Sequence record: NC_019526.1
Direction: 5' to 3' (one strand)
Length of the DNA: 64,000 nt
Shown here piece after piece: positions 9,490 to 19,723 of the stretch. The translations under genes were made by a program, and so were the position numbers. Below the pieces are notes generated by a model. It did not search any database and was not told the origin of the DNA. It saw nothing but the letters and a program-made list of their open reading frames with translations. Within the stretch, counting starts at the first letter, position 1, and each line of letters begins with the position of its first letter.

Positions 9490-9816
9490 TTATTGGACGT
9501 TTCTCGAAGTCCCAAGATACGTTTGAATTCTTTGTGGTGTGGGTACTTTAATAACTAAACCACTTTTAAAATTATAAATTGGATCTTCACCTAATAAATC
9601 TGGATTAAGAAGTGCAAAAATATAATACAAACGTTCATTGCCGTATAATTCATATGATAATCTCCACGGCTGTTCATCGTATTTGGCAGGAATTTCGTAA
9701 TCCTGATCACTATCCGCCGCCACCATATCTCTTGGTAAATTATAATCCAGATACCATGTCTTTTCAGTCTTTGCATATGGAGAAAATTGACTTGGACTTG
9801 CATTAGAATTAGACAT
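9490..9816 (-). CDS. Baseplate wedge gp53/tail-X (LysM-like) protein
   Basis: PWRLSYELYGNERLYYIFALLNP...GLVIKVP. Confidence 0.8.
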   Translation of the reverse strand: MSNSNASPSQFSPYAKTEKTWYLDYNLPRDMVAADSDQDYEIPAKYDEQPWRLSYELYGNERLYYIFALLNPDLLGEDPIYNFKSGLVIKVPTPQRIQTYLGTSRNVQ

Positions 9817-10547
9817 TAAATAAATCCTCCTTTGCGTAATAAGTCTCCACGCTTAAATGAATTAAGATTAAAATTTTTGGTAACATAATCCGATGTAGGT
9901 TGTTCTTCTAATTGGATAGTTACAGGGACTTTGTGTGGAACCCATACTTCGTTTTGTTGATTCATATAACCATTACTTCTTAATTGATCAAAAAAAGTTC
10001 TGGTATCCGAATCACTTAAATTAAATGTAGTAGTGCTACTATCGACTGGAACCTGAATATAATCAACATCGTTGGTTAAAGAAAAATTATAACTTTTTAA
10101 AATAACAGGAATATCATTATATACATATCTTCCATAAGCACTTAGTAGTAAAATCGGTGGAGGTGCACCAGCCACCGCATAATCATTATTACTGCTCATA
10201 GCAGCCTGTCTACCAAAATCCATCAAAGATACACTTCTTATGAAATGCATACATGCTAAAGTATACAGTGCTTCTGTTGGTGTATTACTAACGAACTCAC
10301 CTTGAATATTAAAAATAGTATTACTCGTATTTTTATAATTATTATAATTTGAATTTGAATGTACAGGTGATTGTGTTTCATAAACTACTGAACGTTGTTC
10401 AGTGATAGTTGGGGTAACATTCCATACTAAACCATTAGAACTTCTAAGAAAGGATAGTAACGTTGGTGTGGAAGCATCTCCATAATCACCGTATACATAA
10501 TTCGCACCCGCATCCTTTGGTCTTAATCTTACACGGCGGTCAATCAT
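9816..10547 (-). CDS. Baseplate/tail-tube initiator-like protein
   Basis: GAPPPILLLSAYG..YNDIPVILKSYNF motif typical of contractile-tail tube initiators; late promoter at 10576-10583. Confidence 0.65.
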   Translation of the reverse strand: MIDRRVRLRPKDAGANYVYGDYGDASTPTLLSFLRSSNGLVWNVTPTITEQRSVVYETQSPVHSNSNYNNYKNTSNTIFNIQGEFVSNTPTEALYTLACMHFIRSVSLMDFGRQAAMSSNNDYAVAGAPPPILLLSAYGRYVYNDIPVILKSYNFSLTNDVDYIQVPVDSSTTTFNLSDSDTRTFFDQLRSNGYMNQQNEVWVPHKVPVTIQLEEQPTSDYVTKNFNLNSFKRGDLLRKGGFI

Positions 10548-10664
10548 TTTTATTTCTCCATTAGGACATTTATAATATTTATATTTGAATAAAAACTATT
10601 TTTTGTACTATAATATATACAATGATCCATATTATGGACAACGTGCAATCAAAAGGATTTGTAA

Positions 10665-11543
10665 ATGACACGCCCACGCAGAAAAAAATATCTCAATAAT
10701 GCAGATCTATTGAGAGAAATTCAAAAAAGCAAAATGACATATTGTTCTGTAATAGATCCTATATACAATATGTATGATTTCATTGTTTTTGATGAATCAG
10801 AAATCGATGAAGAGATTCTACAAAAAGCAAAAACTGCAAGAATCAAACGTCTAAATAATGAAATCCTCGAAAATACAAGGAATGTTCTGAATTGTGGAAC
10901 TAAAAAGGCTCGTGAACATTGCATTGAACAGGATTTATTCTTAAAAGATGTACCAGATGATGAAGTTGTTATTAGAGTAATCACAAATGAACACATTCCA
11001 GAAGGAACACGTACAAATTTCGAAGCATTTAAGCAATATATTATCAGTACTGATGGTGAATTGATTGAAGTTGCTAGAAGTCACTGGAAAGGTGATTTTG
11101 AAACCGGAGAATTCACTGTTAATGGTGGTAAGTTAACTAATGAGCTTGGTAAAATGTTCATTAAGCTGGTTGAAGAGATTTCACATAAAGCTAATTTTAG
11201 AAATTATACATACTTAGATGAAATGCAAGGTGAAGCACGAATTCAGTTGGTAAAAAATGCTCTACTTTTCAAAGAAAGTATGTTGTACAAAAAAGATAAA
11301 CCTACTAATCAACTAAATCCATTTTCTTATTATACAAGTTTCGTAACTAATTCGTTTCGTTCTGTTCTTAATAGTGAAAAAACTGTTCGTAATATCCGAG
11401 ATGATTTATTGGAAATCAACGGTTTCACTCCATCACATACACGTCAATTGGAAATTGAAGTACAAATGATTGAACGAAAGAAAGAAGAAGAACAGGAACA
11501 AGAAGAAGAGAAAAATATCGATGAAAACCGACATTTTATTTGA
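10665..11543 (+). CDS. gp55: Late-transcription sigma factor (T4 gp55-like)
   Basis: YLNNADLL N-terminus, NFRNYTYLDEM, NPFSYYTSFVTNSF, acidic tail; precedes gp47/gp46 as in T4. Confidence 0.85.
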   Translation: MTRPRRKKYLNNADLLREIQKSKMTYCSVIDPIYNMYDFIVFDESEIDEEILQKAKTARIKRLNNEILENTRNVLNCGTKKAREHCIEQDLFLKDVPDDEVVIRVITNEHIPEGTRTNFEAFKQYIISTDGELIEVARSHWKGDFETGEFTVNGGKLTNELGKMFIKLVEEISHKANFRNYTYLDEMQGEARIQLVKNALLFKESMLYKKDKPTNQLNPFSYYTSFVTNSFRSVLNSEKTVRNIRDDLLEINGFTPSHTRQLEIEVQMIERKKEEEQEQEEEKNIDENRHFI

Positions 11544-12561
11544 TAAAGCGATAACATTCACCGATATTCATTTCGGAATGAAGAATAACAGTAAACAACA
11601 CAATGAAGATTGTGTTAATTTTGTCAAATTCATGATTGAAGAAGCAAAAAAGAATGAAATAAGAGTTGCTATTTTCATGGGTGACTATTTTCACAACAGA
11701 AGCAATATTAATATTCAAACACTTAATTATGGTCTTGAAGTTCTTCAGATGCTTAATGATAATTTTGATAAAGTTTATTTTATTGTCGGTAATCATGATA
11801 TGTATCACAAAAATAAACGAGATATAACCAGTATTAATATGGCTAAAGTATACAATAATATTGTATTCATTAATGAAATTACAACAATTAAAGATTGTAC
11901 TTTTATCCCGTTTATGATTGATGATGAATATAAACAACTACCACATATTAAATCCAAATATGTATTTGGTCATCTGGAATTACCTGGATATTTGTTGAAT
12001 AAAATGGTAGAAATGCCCGATTGTGGAAAAGAGAACGAAGATTCTTTCAGTTCATGTGAATATGTTTTTAGTGGACATTTTCACAAACGCCAGGCTAAAT
12101 TAACCAGACATGGTACTAAAATTGTATACACTGGAAATTGTTTCCCTCATAACTTTTCTGATACATGGGACGATGCTCGTGGTGTTATGATTCTTGAACA
12201 CGGAAAAGAACCACAATTTAAAGCATGGGAACACGCACCAAAATACAGAACATTCACATTATCTGAATTTTTGTCCAACCCACAATATTATGTCCAAAAT
12301 GATACCATCAACAAAGTGTTAATTGATGTTAATATCAGTACTGATGAAATTAGTTTCATTCGTGAAATATTCAGTTCTCAATATAATATCAGAGAATTTA
12401 ATGCTGTTGCTAATAAACAAAATATAAAAGAATTACTTGAATCTGAACAGGAATTCGAAAATACAGAATCAGTCGATGAAATTGTAATTCAACAAATTAT
12501 GGAACTTGATAGTACAATGTTCGATAAATCACTACTTATACAAATATATAATTCTTTATAA
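11521..12561 (+). CDS. gp47: Recombination endonuclease subunit (gp47, SbcD/Mre11-like)
   Basis: TDIHFG, GDYFH, GNHD, GHFH metallophosphoesterase motifs; start moved to ATG at 11521. Confidence 0.93.
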   Translation: MKTDILFDKAITFTDIHFGMKNNSKQHNEDCVNFVKFMIEEAKKNEIRVAIFMGDYFHNRSNINIQTLNYGLEVLQMLNDNFDKVYFIVGNHDMYHKNKRDITSINMAKVYNNIVFINEITTIKDCTFIPFMIDDEYKQLPHIKSKYVFGHLELPGYLLNKMVEMPDCGKENEDSFSSCEYVFSGHFHKRQAKLTRHGTKIVYTGNCFPHNFSDTWDDARGVMILEHGKEPQFKAWEHAPKYRTFTLSEFLSNPQYYVQNDTINKVLIDVNISTDEISFIREIFSSQYNIREFNAVANKQNIKELLESEQEFENTESVDEIVIQQIMELDSTMFDKSLLIQIYNSL

Positions 12562-12570
12562 GGAAATAAA

Positions 12571-14715
12571 GTGTTAACATTTAAACGTATTACTATGCGA
12601 AATTTTTTCTCCTTTGGTAATGCACCACAAACAATTGATCTAGATAGTTCAGATATTACACTTGTTCTTGGTCAAAATAATGATGCAGTTATTGAAGGAA
12701 ATGATAGTTCAGGAAGAAGAAATGGTGTTGGTAAATCCGCTATTATTCAGGGAATTGTTTTTGGTTTGTACGGAAAAAGTATTGCAAATGAAATTAAAAT
12801 TCCCAATTTAGTGAATAAAATAAACGGAAAGAACTGTGAAGTAAAAATTGAATTTGAAAAAGATGGAATTTCTTATATTGTAGAACGTGGGCGTAATCCT
12901 GCGTTTTTTAATTTCATTAAACTCAGTGATGATCAAATAAATGACGAAAGTCGTGGTGAAAAGAAAGATACACAAGAAGATTTAAATGAAATTTTGGGTA
13001 TTTCACAATTTCTGTTTGAACACATTGTGGTGCTGAATGCTAACGTAGAACCTTTTCTTTCCATGTCTGCACAAAAACAACGTGATATGATCGAAGAACT
13101 TCTCGGTATTACACAATTAACCGAAAAAGCACAGCTTCTTAAAGATATGCAAAAGGAAACTAAGCGTTTAGCAGAGCAAGAACGTTTTAAAAATGAAACT
13201 ATACAAGCAAGTAATGAACGAATTCAAAAAAGTATAGAAACTCTTCAGGAACAGGCAAATAAATTCGAAATTGACAAGTCAAACCGAATCAGTGAACTAG
13301 AAAAACAGATTGAAACCTATTCTGTTCTAAATTTCGAAGAACTATATGAACAAGCTAATATAAAAGAAGAATCATTAATTCATAATGCTAAGAAATCCAA
13401 TTTAGAAAATCGCGTATCTGATTTAGTACTGAAATATGAATCATATAAACGAGATATTGAACATAATAAAGCAATACTAAAGATTAATATCGAACGCCTT
13501 CAACAAGTTGACATTGTAAGTGAATTAAAGAATCATGAAGAACTTGAATTGTGGAAACAACTTGAATCTATACTAAAAGAGAACATAACACAAAAGAATT
13601 ATAAAGAACAAAAAATAAATTTATTAAAAAGTACTTTACAAAGTTCTAAATCTTCTCTTGAATTGGAAAAAAACAAACTAGATGTGGTACTCAATAGCAA
13701 ATGCCCACTGTGTAAATCAAGTCTGGAGCATAATGAGCATAGTTCTGATATTAAATCAAAAATTCTGAAAACAATTACTGATATTGAGAACTCGATATTA
13801 ACTATTGAATATGATATTAGTATACTTCATGAAGAAGTTGATTCAATTGACGTGTTTGATATGCCTCATAAACCAGAAACTGTGTATAATACACTGACTG
13901 AAGCACAAATGCATGAGCATAAGTTACAGGAGTTAATTAAACAGTACGAAATTGATCAAATCAATATTTTTGAATCAGAATTAATGTCATCATATGAAGA
14001 ATTAAATTCTTTTGAACTAAAAGATGTACCAGATGCACTAACCAAGACTGAAGTTCGTGAACTGGAACTTGCTTATGATTCATTAAAACAACAATTACAA
14101 CGAGAATTTAGTACAGTAAACACATATATTAGTCAAATTAACACACTTCAGAATGAATCCATTGTTGTGGTTAATTATGACTCTTATAATGAACTGGATA
14201 AGCTACAAAATCATCAAGATTTTATGGTTAAACTTCTTCTCAATAAAGATTCATACTTGAGAAAGCGTATCATTGAACAAAATATTTCATTTTTAAACAA
14301 CAGACTTCAGTACTATATTGATATGTGTGGTTCAGAGCACAATGTTAAGTTCTTGACTGATTTGAGTGTTGAAATTGAAAAGAATGACCAGTACTTTGAC
14401 TATAAACAGCTTAGTCGCGGTGAACGTACTCGTGTTAATATCGCACTGTCTTGTGCCTTCAGGGATACATATGAATCATTATATCAAAATATCAATTTAA
14501 TTTGTTGTGATGAGGCATTAGAAACTGGCTTGGATGCTAGTGGTGTATTGAGAGCATGGATGATATTTCAGGACATGGCATCAATCAGAAATAAAAATGT
14601 CTTTGTTATTTCACACAGAGATGAACTTATTTCAAAAACCGAAAATATCATGAAAGTTACTAAAGAGGATGGATTCAGTACTGTTCAGTACTGTACATTA
14701 GACGATATATATTAA
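12571..14715 (+). CDS. gp46: Recombination ATPase subunit (gp46, SbcC/Rad50-like)
   Basis: Walker A NGVGKS, coiled coil with CPLC hook, LSRGE signature, Walker B CCDE, SH loop. Confidence 0.95.
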   Translation: MLTFKRITMRNFFSFGNAPQTIDLDSSDITLVLGQNNDAVIEGNDSSGRRNGVGKSAIIQGIVFGLYGKSIANEIKIPNLVNKINGKNCEVKIEFEKDGISYIVERGRNPAFFNFIKLSDDQINDESRGEKKDTQEDLNEILGISQFLFEHIVVLNANVEPFLSMSAQKQRDMIEELLGITQLTEKAQLLKDMQKETKRLAEQERFKNETIQASNERIQKSIETLQEQANKFEIDKSNRISELEKQIETYSVLNFEELYEQANIKEESLIHNAKKSNLENRVSDLVLKYESYKRDIEHNKAILKINIERLQQVDIVSELKNHEELELWKQLESILKENITQKNYKEQKINLLKSTLQSSKSSLELEKNKLDVVLNSKCPLCKSSLEHNEHSSDIKSKILKTITDIENSILTIEYDISILHEEVDSIDVFDMPHKPETVYNTLTEAQMHEHKLQELIKQYEIDQINIFESELMSSYEELNSFELKDVPDALTKTEVRELELAYDSLKQQLQREFSTVNTYISQINTLQNESIVVVNYDSYNELDKLQNHQDFMVKLLLNKDSYLRKRIIEQNISFLNNRLQYYIDMCGSEHNVKFLTDLSVEIEKNDQYFDYKQLSRGERTRVNIALSCAFRDTYESLYQNINLICCDEALETGLDASGVLRAWMIFQDMASIRNKNVFVISHRDELISKTENIMKVTKEDGFSTVQYCTLDDIY

Positions 14716-14746
14716 AAAAAGGGGAGCATATTAGCTCCCCTTTTTT
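14714..14746. terminator. Bidirectional terminator between convergent genes
   Basis: AAAAAAAGGGGAGC-ATATTA-GCTCCCCTTTTTT. Confidence 0.85.
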
Positions 14747-15762
14747 ATTATTGTCATAATTTCATTCAAAGATGTAGGTGATACGGTTTCGGTCCACCCA
14801 TCACCGAATAATTCTTTTGTTAAGTGTCTTGCTTTTATGGTTCTTTTTATTTCTTTTTCTATGTTAAATGCATCATTACAATTTTCATATACTTTGTGGT
14901 ATACAACATTCAATTTGTACTTACATTTATTTTTATATGAACCCATTCTGTGTTTGATATTCTTTGTTATACCGAATTTATAACCAACTATATTATTATA
15001 ATCATCAGATACTTCTAAAATGTATATACCTGAACTAAAATCAGAAGATTTATAACCATTTTTGTAACTAACAGAATTACACAAAGGACACCCTTTATCT
15101 CGCATAAAATTGTCATATGTCATAGACCATGTATAATTGCATTTACAAGTTAAAATGACTTTACTAAAAACACCATTAAAGTTCTTTTCATCTATTAATT
15201 CAAATTTAATGCCAGTTTCTTTGCTTTTAATTTTTAAATTCTCATTTAATTCATTTATACTGTATTTGTGAGTACCTGAACATTTCAAACAACCAATATT
15301 ATTACTGAAAAATGAGTCATAAGTGGTAGTATTCCATTCGTATGCTTCAGAATGTTTAGTATTGTCATTGCATTTTAGTTTTAAATATGTTTTTGTTTTA
15401 TTATATTCATCAAAACCGAGGAATTCCAGTGTCCCACCTCGTTTAATGCATTCATTTTCCACATTTTGAATTAAAATTTCAGGTGTTAACTTATTCAATG
15501 AAGGCTTTCTGAACTTTTTTGATTCTATATTTCTCAGATATCTATATAATTTGTTAATTCTGTAATTATTATAAGTTATATTATCATGTGTTATTGAAGT
15601 AAGTGTATTATTACCTAACCATTTTTCTTCAATAATGAATCCATTGAATTTTATATTAAATTTGGATAACCTTTTCGATAAATCGTTGAAATATTCCCAT
15701 GGAGTTCTGGAATTATAGTTAACGTGAACTAAAATAATATCATCTGGTAAAGATATTATCAT
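14731..15762 (-). CDS. Homing-endonuclease-like protein (Zn-ribbon repeats plus GIY-YIG/T5orf172-like domain)
   Basis: GCLKC and GCPLC repeats; C-terminal GIYI...KFGIT...E...FGDGWTET shared with 25787 and 46257. Confidence 0.7.
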   Translation of the reverse strand: MIISLPDDIILVHVNYNSRTPWEYFNDLSKRLSKFNIKFNGFIIEEKWLGNNTLTSITHDNITYNNYRINKLYRYLRNIESKKFRKPSLNKLTPEILIQNVENECIKRGGTLEFLGFDEYNKTKTYLKLKCNDNTKHSEAYEWNTTTYDSFFSNNIGCLKCSGTHKYSINELNENLKIKSKETGIKFELIDEKNFNGVFSKVILTCKCNYTWSMTYDNFMRDKGCPLCNSVSYKNGYKSSDFSSGIYILEVSDDYNNIVGYKFGITKNIKHRMGSYKNKCKYKLNVVYHKVYENCNDAFNIEKEIKRTIKARHLTKELFGDGWTETVSPTSLNEIMTIIKKGS

Positions 15763-16253
15763 TTTTGATCTCTTTTTATATCATTCATATTCAATTGACC
15801 ACTTTGTATTAGCTTTCTGGCTTGTTTGGAACGTTCTTTTATGTTACTACCGGGTACTAACCCCAAATCACTAAGAATTTCGCTCTGTTGGTTTGCTGGA
15901 AGTCGTTTGAAGCGATTTACATCAACGGTAAGTGCCGTGTGATGTATAACTTGTTCATCTGGTGAAACAGAATCGTGGTATTCCAGATAATCTGCTAAAT
16001 TTCTCAATACTTCGTATAACGGTTTATCCGTTAAATGCTTACAATATTGGTGGAAGCTATTATAAACTTTACCTTCGAACGCATTCACCTCATTTTGTAA
16101 TACTCCCCTACAACTCTGTGTATCATAATGTCTGTGGTCAAGAACGGGTCTTATTATTTTAATTCCAATAATTGGATCAATACCATTTTGTTCCTTCAGT
16201 TTTCCATTTCTATATTTGGCAGCTTCATTGCTATTTTTTAATCTACGTTTCAT
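15759..16253 (-). CDS. Recombination endonuclease VII-like
   Basis: PVLDHRH...CRGVLQNEVNAFEGKV His-Me finger motif of the gp49 family. Confidence 0.8.
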   Translation of the reverse strand: MKRRLKNSNEAAKYRNGKLKEQNGIDPIIGIKIIRPVLDHRHYDTQSCRGVLQNEVNAFEGKVYNSFHQYCKHLTDKPLYEVLRNLADYLEYHDSVSPDEQVIHHTALTVDVNRFKRLPANQQSEILSDLGLVPGSNIKERSKQARKLIQSGQLNMNDIKRDQK

Positions 16254-16380
16254 GATATAATCTCTTATATTATATATCTAATAAATTTATTTACTTCAAT
16301 AAATACCTATGTAAATAATCTTTCTGTATAATGCATAATTCAATACATAATTTCTTGATACGTTAGATACGGAATAGCAA

Positions 16381-16412
16381 AATAGGTCAGTACTTTTCAG
16401 TACTGACCTATT
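16381..16412. terminator. Hairpin terminator downstream of the gp26-like gene and its extension
   Basis: AATAGGTCAGTACT-TTTC-AGTACTGACCTATT, 14-bp stem containing AGTACT in each arm. Confidence 0.8.
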
Positions 16413-16423
16413 TTTTTCTGATT

Positions 16424-16639
16424 TTATCGCCCCTCATTTTGTTTACGGACTTTCTTGTTGTATGCTTTAACCATCAAGTCTCGTTCAGTTACTGGCATAT
16501 TAAGTAACATTTCATACGAGGTATTATCAATATATACAGCAGCTTCCATTAATGCTTGTTTAATTTCTTGCTGATTAAACTCTATGTCTCGTATGTATTT
16601 TTCTATTTCAGTTGCCTCTAACTGGAGAAGCTGAGATCG
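16424..16639 (-). CDS. -1 frame extension of the gp26-like gene (gp51-like C-terminal segment), 71 codons
   Basis: Frame opens just upstream of the slippery T TTT TTC (16639-16645) and reads RSQLLQLEATEIEKYIRD...KQNEGR*; first ATG only at codon 31. Confidence 0.6.
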   Translation of the reverse strand, partial: RSQLLQLEATEIEKYIRDIEFNQQEIKQALMEAAVYIDNTSYEMLLNMPVTERDLMVKAYNKKVRKQNEGR

Positions 16640-17478
16640 AAAAAACGGGTAATATCATACACCAAATCTTCAATAACCCATTCATGATTACATTCACTAC
16701 ATTCAACCTGCATCGTGTGTTCAACACCAGTATTTTGCATTGTGTTGATTTCATCCTGAATAGTTTTAAGAACGTCTTTTGACTGATCTCCTACCCATTC
16801 TGAAATAAATTCTCGTTCAGTCACTTCATCCCCGTCTGGAGTGATAATTTTAGAGATACTATAAACAATACCGTCGAAGTTAATTTTAGTGATAGGTTCA
16901 AAAATATCAGAAATGAATAGTTTTGCTCGGTCTTCATCACTTAACGACTCATCTAAATCGAGATATTTGGATTTGGACTGAATATTGAACATTCGCTCAT
17001 TTATATCACATTGTTCTTTCCATGTAAGTGGTTTAAGTTCAATACTTAATCCATTATTTAAAACTACAGTAGGGATTTCTTTAATATATTTTACTGTATT
17101 CAATAGCACATTCAAATCACGTTCGATACGACCTTCATGGTCACATTCGGGACATTTTACATTAATATCATAAGTATATTCTTTGGTTGCAACTTTAATT
17201 GCAATAAGCAGTTGTTCGATATCATTGATGTATAATTCATCTGCATTAAGGACGTTCGGGCAGCAATTTTCAATAACTCGTGATACCGCATCCCCGGACA
17301 TAAGCATATCAGGAGTATTTAGTACTATTTCATCACGAGCACTGCGAGCACATACCCCAACTTTAATACCTTTATTTCCTAATACACCATCGGGATATTT
17401 AATTACATCATTTGAAATAAGTTTAGCACTAAGTACTTCAATTTTTGTGTACTTGGCTAGTGGGTTCATCTTACTCAT
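16618..17478 (-). CDS. Baseplate hub assembly / tail chaperone, T4 gp26-like
   Basis: MNPLAKY, RDEIVLNTPDMLMSGDA, CPECDH and CSECNH Zn motifs, terminal FF; start set at 17478 by GGAG RBS. Confidence 0.8.
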   Translation of the reverse strand: MSKMNPLAKYTKIEVLSAKLISNDVIKYPDGVLGNKGIKVGVCARSARDEIVLNTPDMLMSGDAVSRVIENCCPNVLNADELYINDIEQLLIAIKVATKEYTYDINVKCPECDHEGRIERDLNVLLNTVKYIKEIPTVVLNNGLSIELKPLTWKEQCDINERMFNIQSKSKYLDLDESLSDEDRAKLFISDIFEPITKINFDGIVYSISKIITPDGDEVTEREFISEWVGDQSKDVLKTIQDEINTMQNTGVEHTMQVECSECNHEWVIEDLVYDITRFFDLSFSS

Positions 17479-17548
17479 AAAGACTCCAATCAATGAACAA
17501 AATAAATAATCTATATGACATATTTATAAATGTTTAAAAGGATAAAAA

Positions 17549-19711
17549 ATGGCTGGTACAAGTACGGATTATCTATTACAACAATTGTTAACCAGTAATG
17601 AAAAAGCTAATGATAATTTATCTGCGATGAGAGATTTATTATCAGAAAATTTGAAAAAAAACGGTTCAAATAATAACAATAATAATAATCCAGGAAACGG
17701 AAATAATAGAAGAAAGAAAGAAAAGATATCATTAAATGATGCTTTAAAAAATATATCCAGAGATGTTAGTGGATTTAGTAGAACTCTCATTAACGGTAGT
17801 GCGGATGTTGGAACTGTTACGAATTCGCTTGGTACCGGAATGAGTAGTGTAATCGGTACATTAGGAAAGGCTGTTCCAGCTATTAGTGGTGTAACTACTG
17901 CATTCCAGTTACTAATTGAAGCAGGACTATCTGTTTATAATTATCTAAATCAACAACTGGAAATGTATAATAAAATCAATTCCAGTGGTGTTAGTTTATC
18001 AAATGGTATGAACTCTATTCGTGCTGGTAGTGCTAATGCGTTAATGAGTATGGACAAATTCGGTAATTCCGTAGTAAAACATGCTGGTGTTATTGCACAA
18101 TTAAATGGTATATACGGTGATGGTGTTAAGGAATATGGTGATTTGCTTGGAACATTACAATTAGCACAGGATAAAATAGGTATATATGGTGTATCACAGG
18201 AACAAATGGCTGACTTAACCGCGAGGAATATTAAATTCCAGAAACAATTTGGTGGTGCAGAATTAATTAGACAAACTAACCAGGAAAAAAGCACACAAGA
18301 ATTTATTAAAAATATGACAACTTTTAGTAAATCAATGGGTGAATCAGTTGATGCAATTTTAAAGAAAACTCAGGATTTTGATAATTCACTTGATGCTCGT
18401 GGTTTAGAAGCTGCATTGGAAAACTGGGCTGGATTAAGTAATAAAGCTGCTACATTAACTACTGATGCATTTATTCAAGCTGCTGCCGGTATGGGTGACG
18501 CAGGAAAATCTTTTTTTAAAATAATTTCATCACAAGCTGTCACTGGTGCATTACCTACTGAATATATGACTGGTACTATTGCAGAATTTGCCGAAGAAAA
18601 CAAAAAAATGTTTATGGGTGGTATTACTGATGCAAAGGAAATACGCTCAGCTAACATCAAATGGGTTAGAATGCATAAAGAACAGATTAAGCGTGACATG
18701 ATGAACCAGATACAACTTGGGAACATCGAAGCCGCTAACTTCAACAGAAGTCTTCTTGAACTGGAAGCTTCCTCTAATGACCCAAAAAATGGACCAAAAC
18801 AACGTTTGGAGGAATTAACTAACAGATTTAATAATTGGATTGGTAATACATTTATAAAACCATTTAATCTTTTAATGGATGCTGGGGTTACATGGTTATT
18901 AGATATTTCAGATCAAACAACATCATTTAACCAATTTGTAACTACCGTATTCAGTCAGGGAATCGACAAAATAATGAATATGGTAACTGGCTTTTTTAAG
19001 AACTTTCCAGTACTTAGTGATATAGGAAAAACTTTATTCGGTGATTCTTATAATACATTGGTTGATAATGTTGGTGGTTTTATTGGTAATTTAGTAAAAA
19101 TACCTATACAACTGATATCAGTTGTAACCGATATATGGAATGGTAATTTAGCTGGTGCAAGGGAAACTGTACAAAATGCAATTGCTTCATTTAAACAGAA
19201 TTTCTTGGGTATGTGGGAAGGTATAAAAGATATCAAATTCAGTTTCAGTGACGTTAAAGACCGCTTGGTTAATATTGTAGAAACACTAAAAAATAAATTA
19301 ATTAATGCATTTGACATTCTTAAATATGTTTTCGGTGTCAGTGATGAAATGCCAAAAACTGAAAATACAAAAACACCAAGTGCTGAAAAACCAAAAAATG
19401 AAAACATAAATACACCCAGTAACAGTAAACCGACTGTTAATGATAATAACAGAAAACAACCACAAGTTGATCAAAATGCTTCTAATTATACCCCACCAAC
19501 TCGTGTGGATGAAGCTCAAGATAATTACAAAAAATCTCCTGATGATGAAAAAGTTGATAATAATTTACAACCAGTAAATTACGATGAATCAATGGTTGAA
19601 TTATTAGGACGTGTAACATCTGCGTTAGAAAAAGCTAACGAATACAATGTACAGAATTCAAATTATCTTAGAACTATATCTGATAATACTCAAATACAAC
19701 GTAATAGTTAA
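17549..19711 (+). CDS. Tape-measure-like / tail-associated helical protein
   Basis: 720 aa, helical Gly/Ala/Ser-rich with periodic aromatic residues; next to gp26-like gene; late promoter ATAAATA at 17502-17508. Confidence 0.6.
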   Translation: MAGTSTDYLLQQLLTSNEKANDNLSAMRDLLSENLKKNGSNNNNNNNPGNGNNRRKKEKISLNDALKNISRDVSGFSRTLINGSADVGTVTNSLGTGMSSVIGTLGKAVPAISGVTTAFQLLIEAGLSVYNYLNQQLEMYNKINSSGVSLSNGMNSIRAGSANALMSMDKFGNSVVKHAGVIAQLNGIYGDGVKEYGDLLGTLQLAQDKIGIYGVSQEQMADLTARNIKFQKQFGGAELIRQTNQEKSTQEFIKNMTTFSKSMGESVDAILKKTQDFDNSLDARGLEAALENWAGLSNKAATLTTDAFIQAAAGMGDAGKSFFKIISSQAVTGALPTEYMTGTIAEFAEENKKMFMGGITDAKEIRSANIKWVRMHKEQIKRDMMNQIQLGNIEAANFNRSLLELEASSNDPKNGPKQRLEELTNRFNNWIGNTFIKPFNLLMDAGVTWLLDISDQTTSFNQFVTTVFSQGIDKIMNMVTGFFKNFPVLSDIGKTLFGDSYNTLVDNVGGFIGNLVKIPIQLISVVTDIWNGNLAGARETVQNAIASFKQNFLGMWEGIKDIKFSFSDVKDRLVNIVETLKNKLINAFDILKYVFGVSDEMPKTENTKTPSAEKPKNENINTPSNSKPTVNDNNRKQPQVDQNASNYTPPTRVDEAQDNYKKSPDDEKVDNNLQPVNYDESMVELLGRVTSALEKANEYNVQNSNYLRTISDNTQIQRNS

Positions 19712-19723
19712 GGAAGTTAATAA

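Noticed and set aside
17665-17710. Asn-rich AAT run in the tape-measure-like gene as a functional repeat
   Set aside because: Short low-complexity linker, expected in AT-rich DNA.
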